A DNA stretch of 36,445 nt from a virus (Duplodnaviria; Caudoviricetes), in the IMG/VR virus record IMGVR_UViG_3300034062_007625, positions 1 to 36,445 of that record. One strand, written 5' to 3'. The notes beneath the pieces are model-generated. The model ran no database searches, was not told the DNA's origin, and saw only the letters and a program-made list of their open reading frames with translations. The first letter of the stretch is position 1. Each line of letters begins with the position of its first letter. The translations under genes and the position numbers were made by a program. Of the stretch, positions 19,409 through 31,987 are shown in pieces.

Positions 19409-19648
19409 ATGGAAAACCACACCACTACTGGCGAACAGACTCTTGATCAGGCTTTGAAGGGTCTTGTTCTTGGGGTTCTTGCTTGGCTTGCTGTGAAGTA
19501 TGAGATTCCTGAGACGATTATTGTTCCGGCTACGGCTGTTGTTGCTGCGTTGTTGGCTTGGGCTTCTTCTCGGGTTGGTAAGGATCGTGCGACGGCTTCG
19601 TTTTTTGGTCCGGTGCATGATGGTCCGTCTTTGTTTGAAGACGAGTGA
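19409..19648 (+). CDS. putative holin (two TM helices)
   Basis: 79 aa with two hydrophobic segments and a GKD..TASF tail; GAGG RBS. Confidence 0.55.
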   Translation: MENHTTTGEQTLDQALKGLVLGVLAWLAVKYEIPETIIVPATAVVAALLAWASSRVGKDRATASFFGPVHDGPSLFEDE

Positions 19649-19712
19649 ATCTCTGCTTTTTTGCGGGTTTTTGTCTCCTAGAATGGGGTAGTCCGCTAGG
19701 AGGTTCCTGTCA

Positions 19713-20073
19713 ATGATTGCCGGTGTTTATAGGATTAATTGTGATCAGGGCGCAACTTTTGAGCGCACTATGACAATTTACAATCCTTCTGTCGGCGGCG
19801 CTTCGGCAACTCCTGTGAATTTAACGGGCTATAGCGCCCGCATGCAGGTTCGTCCTGAAACCGATTCCAATGAAATTATGGTTGAGTTGACTACCGAGAA
19901 TGGTCGACTGACCCTTGGCGGGGTTGCTGGAACCATTGAAATGGAAATTGAAGCGGACGTAACAGAAACATTTGACACCGACGGTGTTTACGACCTCGAA
20001 ATTTACAACAACGCTGGCAAGGTGTACAGGGTAATCAAGGGTCGGTTCGTTGTTGAACCAGAGGTGACCCGCG

Positions 20074-20084
<11 letters not shown>
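19713..20084 (+). CDS. putative fibre-associated virion protein
   Basis: [18 protein letters not shown] and GVYDLEI motifs common in proteins encoded before phage fibres; AGGAGG RBS and TAGAAT box upstream. Confidence 0.65.
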
Positions 20085-24126
<4,042 letters not shown>

Positions 24127-24135
24127 AGGCACATC

Positions 24136-24531
24136 ATGGCTTCAACACCAAACTTCACATCAACACCACGGATCGGCTTAGGTTCTGTCTCAACGGCAAA
24201 CACCAACCGTGACGGCACCGGCACCATCGTCGACATCATCACCGGCGCCGCCACCGGCACCAAAGTCAACGAAGTCGTCATCAAATCAACCGGACGGCCA
24301 GCAGACTCTATTCTGACCTTGTTCATCAACGATGGTTCCACAAACTGGTTGTTCGACGAAATTGACCTCGGCGCCCCTGCCGCCTCATCAACTACAGCAA
24401 CCGCTTACCGGACGACCGTGCAATACGCCAATCTCGTACTTCCCAACGCCAGTTGGAAACTACGAGCAGCGGTCACTGTCGCCCCAACCACTGGAGCGAT
24501 CAACGTCATCGCGCTCGCTGGAGATTTCTGA
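24136..24531 (+). CDS. hypothetical virion protein
   Basis: 131 aa, Thr/Ala- and beta-rich, TANTNRDGTGT motif; lies between fibre genes. Confidence 0.65.
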   Translation: MASTPNFTSTPRIGLGSVSTANTNRDGTGTIVDIITGAATGTKVNEVVIKSTGRPADSILTLFINDGSTNWLFDEIDLGAPAASSTTATAYRTTVQYANLVLPNASWKLRAAVTVAPTTGAINVIALAGDF

Positions 24532-26873
24532 TGCCAGAATCTGGCTTGCTTGGCTATCCGGGAAAGGGGCCACCGGTTGACCTTGACCCCAATACGCAAC
24601 TGTTTACGTCTAGTGGTACGTGGACAAAGCCTGCCGACTGCCAGTGGGTGCGCGTCATCCTCGTCGGCGGCGGCGGCGGTGGGGGAGGGGGCGGACGAGG
24701 TACAAGCGTTGCCGGTTCGCAAGGCGCTGGCGGCACCGGTGGCGGTGGTGCAGGCATGTCATTTATTGATGTGCCTGCCGGTTTGCTGCCTTCCACTGTG
24801 CCAATCACTATTGGGGCTGGCGGTTCTGGAGGTAATGGTTCAACCACTGCCAACACTCTTGGTTCAAGTGGTTCGAGTGGCGGCACTTCTACTTTTGGTG
24901 ACATTCTTTCTGCTTCCGGAGGAAGTGGTGGTGGGAATAACACCTCCGGTCAAGCGGGTGGCGGTCAGGGGCATTTGATTGGCGGGAACGGCAGCGCTGC
25001 ATTTTTTGGTCAGGCAAACGCTTCTCAGTCTTTGGCAACTGCTGGTGGCGCTGGAGGGGGTGGACCCACACTGGGGGGGGCTGACATTGGGGCGACGCCA
25101 GCGGGTTGCGCAAACTCTGCAAGATCACCATTTTTGGAACCGCAAAAATACGGTTTGATTGGACAGGCGGGTCACGGGGGCGGGTTCAATATTTTTGGGA
25201 CCCGCATTAACACTGTTTCCAACGGCACTTTTGGCAATGGTGGCGGAGGTGGAGGGGGAAGCAAATCCGACTTCAATGGTGAAAATGGTGGATCGGGAGG
25301 CGACGGTTACTGCCTTGTCGTGGGCTACGGCACAAAGACCAAGCCAATTGACGTTCAAGAATTTACAACTAGTGGACAGTGGAACAAGCCGACGGATCCA
25401 AGACTTTCAACAGCACGAGTGTTTGTGATCGGCGGCGGTGGAGGTGGCGGATCGGGTCGCAGGTGGGACTATAACAACGGTGCACGCTTAACCGGTTCGC
25501 ACTTGGCTTTGTCCTCCGGATCAGGTGGATCTTTTGCTTCTGCTCCCGATTCCGCACCACTTTCAATCACTGGCGATATTGACATTCAAGCAAAAATTGC
25601 TGCGTTCAGTTGGTGCGAAGGTGACCGCATTATCAACAACGGCAACATTGAAACTCGTACAATTGTTTCTAAATGGACAACACTACTCAACCAACGCTCA
25701 TACCATCTATCAGTAAATAGTTACGGTCAACTCTTGCTTTTCTGGTCAAATAATGGAACCACTGAAAATTCAGTTACCGCCGACGCCACGCTTGATTTTG
25801 AAAGCATGACTGTGAAGTGGGTGCGTGCAACTCTCGATGTCAACAATGGGGCATCAGGGCGTACCGCCAAGTTTTATACGTCTGACGATGGAAGCACGTG
25901 GAGCCAACTCGGCACAGATCGTGTTGTTGCTACTACAACTTCAATTTTTGACTCAACCGCCGTTTTGAGGGTTGGAAATTTAACCACTGGAACAACTTCC
26001 AATAAATTTGAAGGGTTTGTATACAGGGTCATTATTAAGAATGGCTATGACGGCGCTGGAACCACCGTTTTTGATGCGAACTTCGAGACGGCCACTGCGG
26101 GGGCGGCTTCATTCACGGAGTCGTCTGCCAACGCCGCCACGGTGACGATCAACAACACGCCTACCAACGTGTTCGGCGGCGGCGGCGGCGGAGGCGGAGG
26201 CGTTTCATACTCTGAAATTCCCCTTAGTTTTTTACCCCAAACAGTCGACGTCACTGTTGGTCTCGGCGGCGCTGGTGGTGCAGGGAAAACCGTTGACTAC
26301 AGCAACGGCAACCATGGATCTTGGGGCGGAAAATCCTCTTTCGGAACGTACTCCGACGCTTTAGGGGGACAACGTGGTTACGCTGGCGGTTCAAGCGCTG
26401 GAACGAATGCAATCGGACGAGGTTCAAGTATTCACCATATGGCGTACAATTCCTATAACCCCGGCACTTTGACCGGTGGAGGATCGTCTGGCACGGGCAA
26501 CATTCCCAGTGGAGACACTATGAGCACCTCGGCCTACTTGGGTTGTTTTATTACGGGTGGCGGTGCTGGTGGGGGTGGCATCAGTACCGGTGGAATGACT
26601 GGGACAGGCGCATCCTCTCCAAAGTCTTTGGGTTATGGAACTATTAGCAGTGCAACGACTGCGGCAAGTAATGGTGCAAGCATTTACCCGACCACGCTCG
26701 GCATGTTCGGTTCAACGGGTGGTGGCGGCGGCAACAGCAACGCCGCTTCGGTAAACGGCGGCAATGGGGTGCGAGGCTCTGGCGGCGGTGGTGGTGCGGG
26801 AACCACTACTGGCACGACCTCGGGCGCCGGTGGCAACGGTGGTAATGGTTATGTGTTGGTGGTGTGCGTCTGA
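24531..26873 (+). CDS. glycine-rich fibre/receptor-binding protein with an inserted LamG-like domain
   Basis: ATG 24531 (TGATG overlap); two Q.FT.SG.W.KP ... GGGGGG ... G.GG.GY units; beta-rich insert (LSITGDIDIQ...TIVSKW...LRVG). Confidence 0.72.
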   Translation: MPESGLLGYPGKGPPVDLDPNTQLFTSSGTWTKPADCQWVRVILVGGGGGGGGGGRGTSVAGSQGAGGTGGGGAGMSFIDVPAGLLPSTVPITIGAGGSGGNGSTTANTLGSSGSSGGTSTFGDILSASGGSGGGNNTSGQAGGGQGHLIGGNGSAAFFGQANASQSLATAGGAGGGGPTLGGADIGATPAGCANSARSPFLEPQKYGLIGQAGHGGGFNIFGTRINTVSNGTFGNGGGGGGGSKSDFNGENGGSGGDGYCLVVGYGTKTKPIDVQEFTTSGQWNKPTDPRLSTARVFVIGGGGGGGSGRRWDYNNGARLTGSHLALSSGSGGSFASAPDSAPLSITGDIDIQAKIAAFSWCEGDRIINNGNIETRTIVSKWTTLLNQRSYHLSVNSYGQLLLFWSNNGTTENSVTADATLDFESMTVKWVRATLDVNNGASGRTAKFYTSDDGSTWSQLGTDRVVATTTSIFDSTAVLRVGNLTTGTTSNKFEGFVYRVIIKNGYDGAGTTVFDANFETATAGAASFTESSANAATVTINNTPTNVFGGGGGGGGGVSYSEIPLSFLPQTVDVTVGLGGAGGAGKTVDYSNGNHGSWGGKSSFGTYSDALGGQRGYAGGSSAGTNAIGRGSSIHHMAYNSYNPGTLTGGGSSGTGNIPSGDTMSTSAYLGCFITGGGAGGGGISTGGMTGTGASSPKSLGYGTISSATTAASNGASIYPTTLGMFGSTGGGGGNSNAASVNGGNGVRGSGGGGGAGTTTGTTSGAGGNGGNGYVLVVCV

Positions 26874-27064
26874 TGGTCTACCTAGTGATCGCAAACAATG
26901 TTTGCGTTAACCGCATCGCCTACGACGGCGGCGACTGGTCACCACCCTCCGGCACGACCATCGAACCCGAAGGCGAACAAACGGTTGACATCGGTTGGGT
27001 TCGTGTTGGCGGAGTCTGGGGTCCTCCGCCTGTTGTTGATGTTGAAGAAACGGACCAAAGTTAA
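26873..27064 (+). CDS. small fibre-associated hypothetical protein
   Basis: TGATG overlap; YLVI.NNVCVN.I and DIGW motifs often follow glycine-rich fibre genes. Confidence 0.6.
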   Translation: MVYLVIANNVCVNRIAYDGGDWSPPSGTTIEPEGEQTVDIGWVRVGGVWGPPPVVDVEETDQS

Positions 27065-27082
27065 AACATTGGCTTAACAAAT

Positions 27083-27149
27083 TTGTGGCTTTGAAACCAA
27101 AACTGGTATACTAGAAACCTGCGACCGCTCCCCCAATAGGGGCGGTCGT
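27083..27149 (+). promoter_or_regulatory. promoter and 5' UTR hairpin of the transglycosylase gene
   Basis: TGgTATACT extended -10 (hexamer 27107-27112); 11-bp stem 27121-27149; AGGAGG RBS before ATG 27179. Confidence 0.55.
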
Positions 27150-27178
27150 TTGCATTATAGGCCGACCTAGGAGGATCA

Positions 27179-27733
27179 ATGTCCACCAGCCGCAAACCCA
27201 GCAAACCCCTTACTATCGTCACCCTTCTACTATTCGCAGGAATCGCAATGTTTGTGCTCACCGCACCAAGCATCGCTCCCGAACCGCCACCCACAGCGGC
27301 ACCACCCGTCGAAACAACGACACAACCCCCAACAACTCTCCCACCAACAACGGTGCCGCCAACAACCGCACCACCCGCAACAGTTGCACCCGCAACCGTG
27401 CCACCAACAACAACCCCACCGGCACCACCCACAACCGCACCACCAGCACAAACCATCGAATACGAACCCGGCAGCATCGAAAACATGATCTGCACCGCAT
27501 TCGGTGACCAATGCTCAAAAGCCCTATCAGTGGTCCACTGCGAAAGCCGGTTCAACCCCGGAACAGTCGGAGCCGCAGGCGAACGCGGACTATTCCAAAT
27601 CCACCCCGTTCACATCCCCTACCTTTCCGACCGTGGAATGTCTTGGGAAGCAATGTTCGACCCAGCCTCAAACATCGCTTACGCCCACGACCTTTACAGT
27701 CGTTCAGGTTGGGGGCCATGGACATGCGCTTAA
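27179..27733 (+). CDS. lytic transglycosylase (SLT/lysozyme-like) with signal anchor and Pro/Thr linker
   Basis: CES catalytic Glu motif, GLFQI, FDP.SNI..A, GWGPW; N-terminal hydrophobic helix; PPTT repeats. Confidence 0.85.
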   Translation: MSTSRKPSKPLTIVTLLLFAGIAMFVLTAPSIAPEPPPTAAPPVETTTQPPTTLPPTTVPPTTAPPATVAPATVPPTTTPPAPPTTAPPAQTIEYEPGSIENMICTAFGDQCSKALSVVHCESRFNPGTVGAAGERGLFQIHPVHIPYLSDRGMSWEAMFDPASNIAYAHDLYSRSGWGPWTCA

Positions 27734-27748
27734 TGTAAGGTTTCCCGC

Positions 27749-27940
27749 ATGGAAATTGGTGTTGATTCCTCAGAACTGATTGATGCCCTTTCAACAAAAA
27801 TTGCAAAGTTGGTAGTTGAGTTGGAAACAACGCGTCTTGCGCTAATGAAGGCTCAGAAAGCAATTGTTGAACTTGAGGGTGTCGCTGTTCGTGACGGCAG
27901 TGTTGATCCTCTTCCGTATGCGCCGGGGATTCAACGGTGA
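27749..27940 (+). CDS. small coiled-coil hypothetical protein
   Basis: 63 aa; TAAGGT 7 nt before the ATG. Confidence 0.62.
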   Translation: MEIGVDSSELIDALSTKIAKLVVELETTRLALMKAQKAIVELEGVAVRDGSVDPLPYAPGIQR

Positions 27941-28260
27941 CTGCTGTTGATGCTGATGTGGTGTGGCATAACGACGGCCACGTCATGCTTTTGCAGTTAA
28001 ATCGTTCTGAAATTCAGGCTTTGTATGTTTCGTGTCCTGAGGAGGGACCTTGTCAACATCCTGTTCATGGGTGCATGGTCAGGTATTTCATGTTGCGGTT
28101 TGGTCTTGAATGCAACGTTGGTGTTGCCCCACCTTCACCGGAAATGCCGATTGCTTGGAGTCTTGTTGGTGATCCGCACGATTTGGATGCAGCCCAAGTT
28201 TGGATTATTCCAACAGCGGATGAGGCGTTTTCGGCGTGGTTGGTGACTCAGCAGGGCTAA
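27937..28260 (+). CDS. hypothetical Cys/His-containing protein
   Basis: GTGA overlap; CP...PCQH..HGC cluster. Confidence 0.68.
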   Translation: MTAVDADVVWHNDGHVMLLQLNRSEIQALYVSCPEEGPCQHPVHGCMVRYFMLRFGLECNVGVAPPSPEMPIAWSLVGDPHDLDAAQVWIIPTADEAFSAWLVTQQG

Positions 28261-28275
28261 AGATTTTATGGTGTG

Positions 28276-28491
28276 TCAATACGCTTCGTAGCAAGCGGTG
28301 CAGTAATCGTTTATGGAGCAGCCTCCACACCAGCCGCAGTGGTGACAGCATGGGATTCCCGCAGCCTCGCATAAGGCGTCAAGGTGGGCGGCAAAGTCGT
28401 CGGCAAGATTGTCGCGTTCAGTCCGGTAGGTGCGAGCGTGGCGTGCCTGACGGCGCCATCCAACGAACAGGGCGCCGGTCAGGAACCCCAT
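28276..28491 (-). CDS. small Cys-rich putative zinc-binding protein
   Basis: CCHHC, CGGC and CTAC in the C-terminal part; overlaps the end of the upstream minus-strand gene. Confidence 0.6.
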   Translation of the reverse strand: MGFLTGALFVGWRRQARHARTYRTERDNLADDFAAHLDALCEAAGIPCCHHCGWCGGCSINDYCTACYEAY

Positions 28492-28661
28492 GCTGATTCC
28501 GTTCTAATGGCGTGACGTTCGCAAGTGACGCAGCGACGAGCAGGGTTATCGCCCTGTTCCCACTCGCTATTGAACTCGCGGTGGCATGCGGCCACCCGAC
28601 CGTTCAGGCTGTAGTGGTGCAGGCTCTCCCGTTCGGGGTTGTGCCACCAGCCGGGTATCAC
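28479..28661 (-). CDS. small putative zinc-finger protein (60 aa)
   Basis: GTG at 28661 overlaps the upstream TGA (GTGA) and follows GAGG; MIPGWWHN...LHH...AC...CVTC. Confidence 0.62.
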   Translation of the reverse strand: MIPGWWHNPERESLHHYSLNGRVAACHREFNSEWEQGDNPARRCVTCERHAIRTESAWGS

Positions 28662-29674
28662 GCCGACCTCGGCAATGGTCGGACGGCGGGGACGTACTCG
28701 CCGGTGTCGGCGGCAACAAGGGTTTGTGACACCCATCGAAGTACCAGTTTGCGATCCCCTGTGCGGGGACCAGTCCAGTACCGATGCCAGTGAGCGCGCC
28801 GCAGATGCGGAGTGACTGCTCTGCCTGTGGGGTCGCTGGCGCTACCGGCAGCACGTGCGTTCCGCAGGACCGCTCCCACCCGGTAGCCAAGGTGGTGAAC
28901 TTTTGGGGCGTGGGCCGGACCGACACGACGGCCCCCCACAACGGGTTCAGGAATTTCTTCCAAATCGGGATCCGCCGCAGATATATAAAGCATGAGGTTC
29001 ACGGCAAGAAAAAACAGGTCGCTCGCTGATTTCCATTCGTGCATAATTGTTTGCTCGTCAAAACAGTAGTCACGGTCGTGGAGATGCAACTTCTGCAAGT
29101 TGACGGTTGTGGCATTGGAAAGTTTTTTCCAGTGTTCTTCGCTTTCAAGTGGTAGCAACTCCCAAAACTCGCCCAATGGGACAGTGAACGTGATGGACAT
29201 GGTGCGACCAGTTTCCTGTTCGTGGCCCACCGCAGTCATCCAAATACTTGGCAATACGTTTTTTCGGGCGTCTGTGGCTTGGTGTTCGTGTACGAGAATG
29301 CCGTCAAACACCATGAGTGTTGGCGGCTGGTCAAGTTCGGGTGTCATGGCATGGATCTGCGGCTTAGGAAATACGAAGTAGCCGATGTTGTGAGGCCGAC
29401 GCAAAAAAACTTCATGGGGGGTTTCGCCATCAGGTAGTGGTGTGGCGACAAGTTCTTCACTGAGGTCGGGGTCGACGAGGTAGGTTGCTTTGCCTTGTTT
29501 TGCCCATGCGTCGATGGACTCACCGATTAGGTCGTGTTGGGACACGTTCAATTCGGTTTTGCGGTTGGTGATGCTGGCCCGGTATCGCATGAGGAATGCG
29601 TTGGCGGTGAGCGCTGGTCCGACTTGTTGTTCCCATTTTCTTTTGGTTTTTGCTAGTACGTGTTTGGATCCCAT
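28658..29674 (-). CDS. AcrVA2/FinQ-like family protein
   Basis: 338 aa; C-terminal LMLYIS...D, LGYRVGAVLR and PHLRRAHWHRYWTG...LRWV match my recollection of the AcrVA2-family motif; not searched. Confidence 0.65.
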   Translation of the reverse strand: MGSKHVLAKTKRKWEQQVGPALTANAFLMRYRASITNRKTELNVSQHDLIGESIDAWAKQGKATYLVDPDLSEELVATPLPDGETPHEVFLRRPHNIGYFVFPKPQIHAMTPELDQPPTLMVFDGILVHEHQATDARKNVLPSIWMTAVGHEQETGRTMSITFTVPLGEFWELLPLESEEHWKKLSNATTVNLQKLHLHDRDYCFDEQTIMHEWKSASDLFFLAVNLMLYISAADPDLEEIPEPVVGGRRVGPAHAPKVHHLGYRVGAVLRNARAAGSASDPTGRAVTPHLRRAHWHRYWTGPRTGDRKLVLRWVSQTLVAADTGEYVPAVRPLPRSA

Positions 29675-29709
29675 GGGGAGAGCCTACCACTGTTAACAGA
29701 TTTTGCAAA
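29675..29709 (-). promoter_or_regulatory. leaderless promoter with palindromic operator candidates
   Basis: Minus strand TTGCAA (29708-29703), 16 nt, TAGGCT (29686-29681, preceded by TGG), 6 nt, ATG; palindromes CTGTTAACAG 29690-29699 and TTTGCAAA 29702-29709. Confidence 0.6.
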
Positions 29710-29722
29710 CTTTGCCCTGCTA

Positions 29723-30175
29723 TCACTGCTCGAGATTGGCCACTTTCCCCTGCAAAGACGCCAAAACTTGCCCATATCGACGCAAATCCGGGTGAGACTC
29801 TAGGACATCCAAATTCACCCTATAAGTATTACGACCATTGACTTTTGTTCTTGCTATGACATTAGAACGGACCAAATTGCTTACCGAACGTCCAACATTC
29901 GACTCACTAACACCCAAAGCAACAGAGATCTCGCGCAACGTAGCATCAGGGTGCTCCGCAACAATAACGAACACCCGACCAGCAGGAGTCAAGATAGCAA
30001 GGGCATCACGAGGCGTATAAGCAATAATCTTCTGCTCATCCAAAGTTCTCAAAACAACCTCCGTTAAAACTTCCGGATCAACTGTTCCTGACTCCGAAAT
30101 AGCCCTATGTAGTGGCCTTCTAAGAACATGATCACGACGATTATCGTGCCTATCGGAAGGGTCTTGGATTTCCAT
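29723..30175 (-). CDS. winged helix-turn-helix transcriptional regulator (MarR/ArsR-like)
   Basis: HPDATLREISVALGVSESNVGRSVSNLV..VI.RTKVNGRNTY wHTH pattern. Confidence 0.85.
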   Translation of the reverse strand: MEIQDPSDRHDNRRDHVLRRPLHRAISESGTVDPEVLTEVVLRTLDEQKIIAYTPRDALAILTPAGRVFVIVAEHPDATLREISVALGVSESNVGRSVSNLVRSNVIARTKVNGRNTYRVNLDVLESHPDLRRYGQVLASLQGKVANLEQ

Positions 30176-30209
30176 ACGGTTTATAGTTTATACTTTTTGG
30201 ACCTGCCAT

Positions 30210-30455
30210 ATGGACCTTCCAATGGATACCCCAAAAAACAACAATCAGGCTTTGCGTTACGTTGCAGGACCACTTTTTCTTGCATGCTGCGCCGCCGGTT
30301 ACAACCTAGTTGCTTTTAAAAAAGGGCGTCCAACTATTAGCGAAGGGGTCAGATGGGTTGCTAATCGCGGCGGCGGAGCGGAGTTGGCGGGCGCAATTAT
30401 CGGTGGGCTTTTAGCCCATTGGCTTTTAAACAACGGACAGGAGAAGATCCTTTGA
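30210..30455 (+). CDS. small membrane-associated hypothetical protein
   Basis: 81 aa with two hydrophobic stretches; TATACT box upstream. Confidence 0.6.
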   Translation: MDLPMDTPKNNNQALRYVAGPLFLACCAAGYNLVAFKKGRPTISEGVRWVANRGGGAELAGAIIGGLLAHWLLNNGQEKIL

Positions 30456-30706
30456 GTACGTTAAAAGAGCGTCTGGCATTACTCGATTCCCCCCCGCCAC
30501 AAAAGCCGTGTCCAGTAAAAGCACTTTTAAATCAGTTAGATCCAGAAACAGCGGATTTGCTGGAACGGTTGTTAACTCAAAGCCATAAATCAATTAGATC
30601 AATTCATTCAGAACTTGCCTCGTCGGGCATTCGCATTGGACGTGATTCTTTAGCCAACCATCGCAACGGCTGGTGCCGATGCGCCGCACAAAAGGCAGAA
30701 CAATGA
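30452..30706 (+). CDS. small HTH-like protein with C...H..CxC motif
   Basis: TTG 30452 after AGGAG overlaps the upstream stop; CPV...HRNGWCRC. Confidence 0.68.
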   Translation: MSTLKERLALLDSPPPQKPCPVKALLNQLDPETADLLERLLTQSHKSIRSIHSELASSGIRIGRDSLANHRNGWCRCAAQKAEQ

Positions 30707-31935
30707 GTAAACCCCCCAAGAGCCTCACCGAACGGTTGGCTTCACTGGAAAACGCCGAAGAAATCCCTGAAGCCACACGAGACAAAACTATTCCGGCGGG
30801 CTGGGAACCCGGTGTCATCTGGGAAGGAACCCACGGAACAATCACCACAGGGGCAGTAGACAGCCTGCCCGGAGAATGGGACGATCTTCTCCGGGCGAGA
30901 GGACTGGACCCAGAAGTTTACGAAGTTGTCGGAGACACCATGCGTTGGTGCTCATGGGACGGATGGAAACGCGACGAACAAGGTGAACAAGCAGTAAGCA
31001 CAATCCAGTACTCGTTCAAAGCGGAAATTCGTAAAAAGGGTGCCCCTTTAGCCATCCCAGAAGAGTGCTATCAGGCAGTCCGGAAGGCTAAAAGCGGCAA
31101 GAAGCCAAAGCCCACCGGAGACGCCACTTTTGTCGTTGCTTTGTCAGACTGGCAGGCAGGGAACTGTGACGGTGGCGGAATCGAAGCCCAAGCCGAAGCA
31201 GCAGCACAACTAGTTGAATCTATCCCGCAAAGGCTTGCAGACCTACGTCGCAGCGGCAACAACATCGGAACCGTCTGCATCGCAGGACTAGGCGACCTCG
31301 TCGAAAACTGCTCAGGATTCTACGCATCACAACAATTCAGAGTCGAACTAGACAGACGAGACCAAGTCAAATTCGTACGCAGAGCAGTACGAGACATCTT
31401 CATGGCCGTCGCCCCCCACGCCAACCAAATCGTAGGTGTAGCAGTACCCGGCAACCACGGCGAAAACCGGCAAAACGGCAAATCGTTCACCTCGCCACAC
31501 GACAACGACGACGTCGCAACATTCGAACAAGTAGCCGAAATCCTTGCAGCCAACAAAGACGCCTACGGGCACATCGGATGGCGACTCACCAGAGACGAAA
31601 TCGCTGTCAGTATGAACCTATCCGGACAAAACGTCGCATTCACACACGGCCACGTCCCCCGACCCAAAGGCAACGCCGCCGAAACGCTATGGGGATGGTG
31701 GGAAAAGCAAACAATGGGCCGCAAATACGCAGGAGTAGCAGACTCCAACATCCTGCTCGCAGGCCACTACCACCACCTCAACGTCAAAGAACAACTAGGG
31801 CGCACCGTATTCATCGCCCCAAGCCTCACTCAAGTCTCCGAATACTACGGAGACCAAACAGGGGTACTCACACGATACGGAACACTCAGCATGGTCCTCA
31901 ACCATGACGGGTGGGGAGAAATGACCCTCCTATAA
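30703..31935 (+). CDS. calcineurin-like metallophosphoesterase (Mre11-like nuclease)
   Basis: LSDWQ, GLGDLVE, PGNHG, FTHGH and AGHYHH motifs; ATG 30703 overlaps the upstream stop. Confidence 0.87.
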   Translation: MSKPPKSLTERLASLENAEEIPEATRDKTIPAGWEPGVIWEGTHGTITTGAVDSLPGEWDDLLRARGLDPEVYEVVGDTMRWCSWDGWKRDEQGEQAVSTIQYSFKAEIRKKGAPLAIPEECYQAVRKAKSGKKPKPTGDATFVVALSDWQAGNCDGGGIEAQAEAAAQLVESIPQRLADLRRSGNNIGTVCIAGLGDLVENCSGFYASQQFRVELDRRDQVKFVRRAVRDIFMAVAPHANQIVGVAVPGNHGENRQNGKSFTSPHDNDDVATFEQVAEILAANKDAYGHIGWRLTRDEIAVSMNLSGQNVAFTHGHVPRPKGNAAETLWGWWEKQTMGRKYAGVADSNILLAGHYHHLNVKEQLGRTVFIAPSLTQVSEYYGDQTGVLTRYGTLSMVLNHDGWGEMTLL

Positions 31936-31987
31936 ATCCAAACAGCAACACCATCTTTCACCCCACCACACCAACACAGGACCCACC

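Noticed and set aside
27119-27178. Cyclic di-AMP (ydaO) riboswitch upstream of the transglycosylase
   Set aside because: The leader is only about 60 nt with one clear hairpin, too short for that multi-stem aptamer.
27061-27555. Antisense Cys/Trp- or Gly/Val-rich ORFs opposite the transglycosylase
   Set aside because: Mirror products of the A/C-rich Pro/Thr linker.
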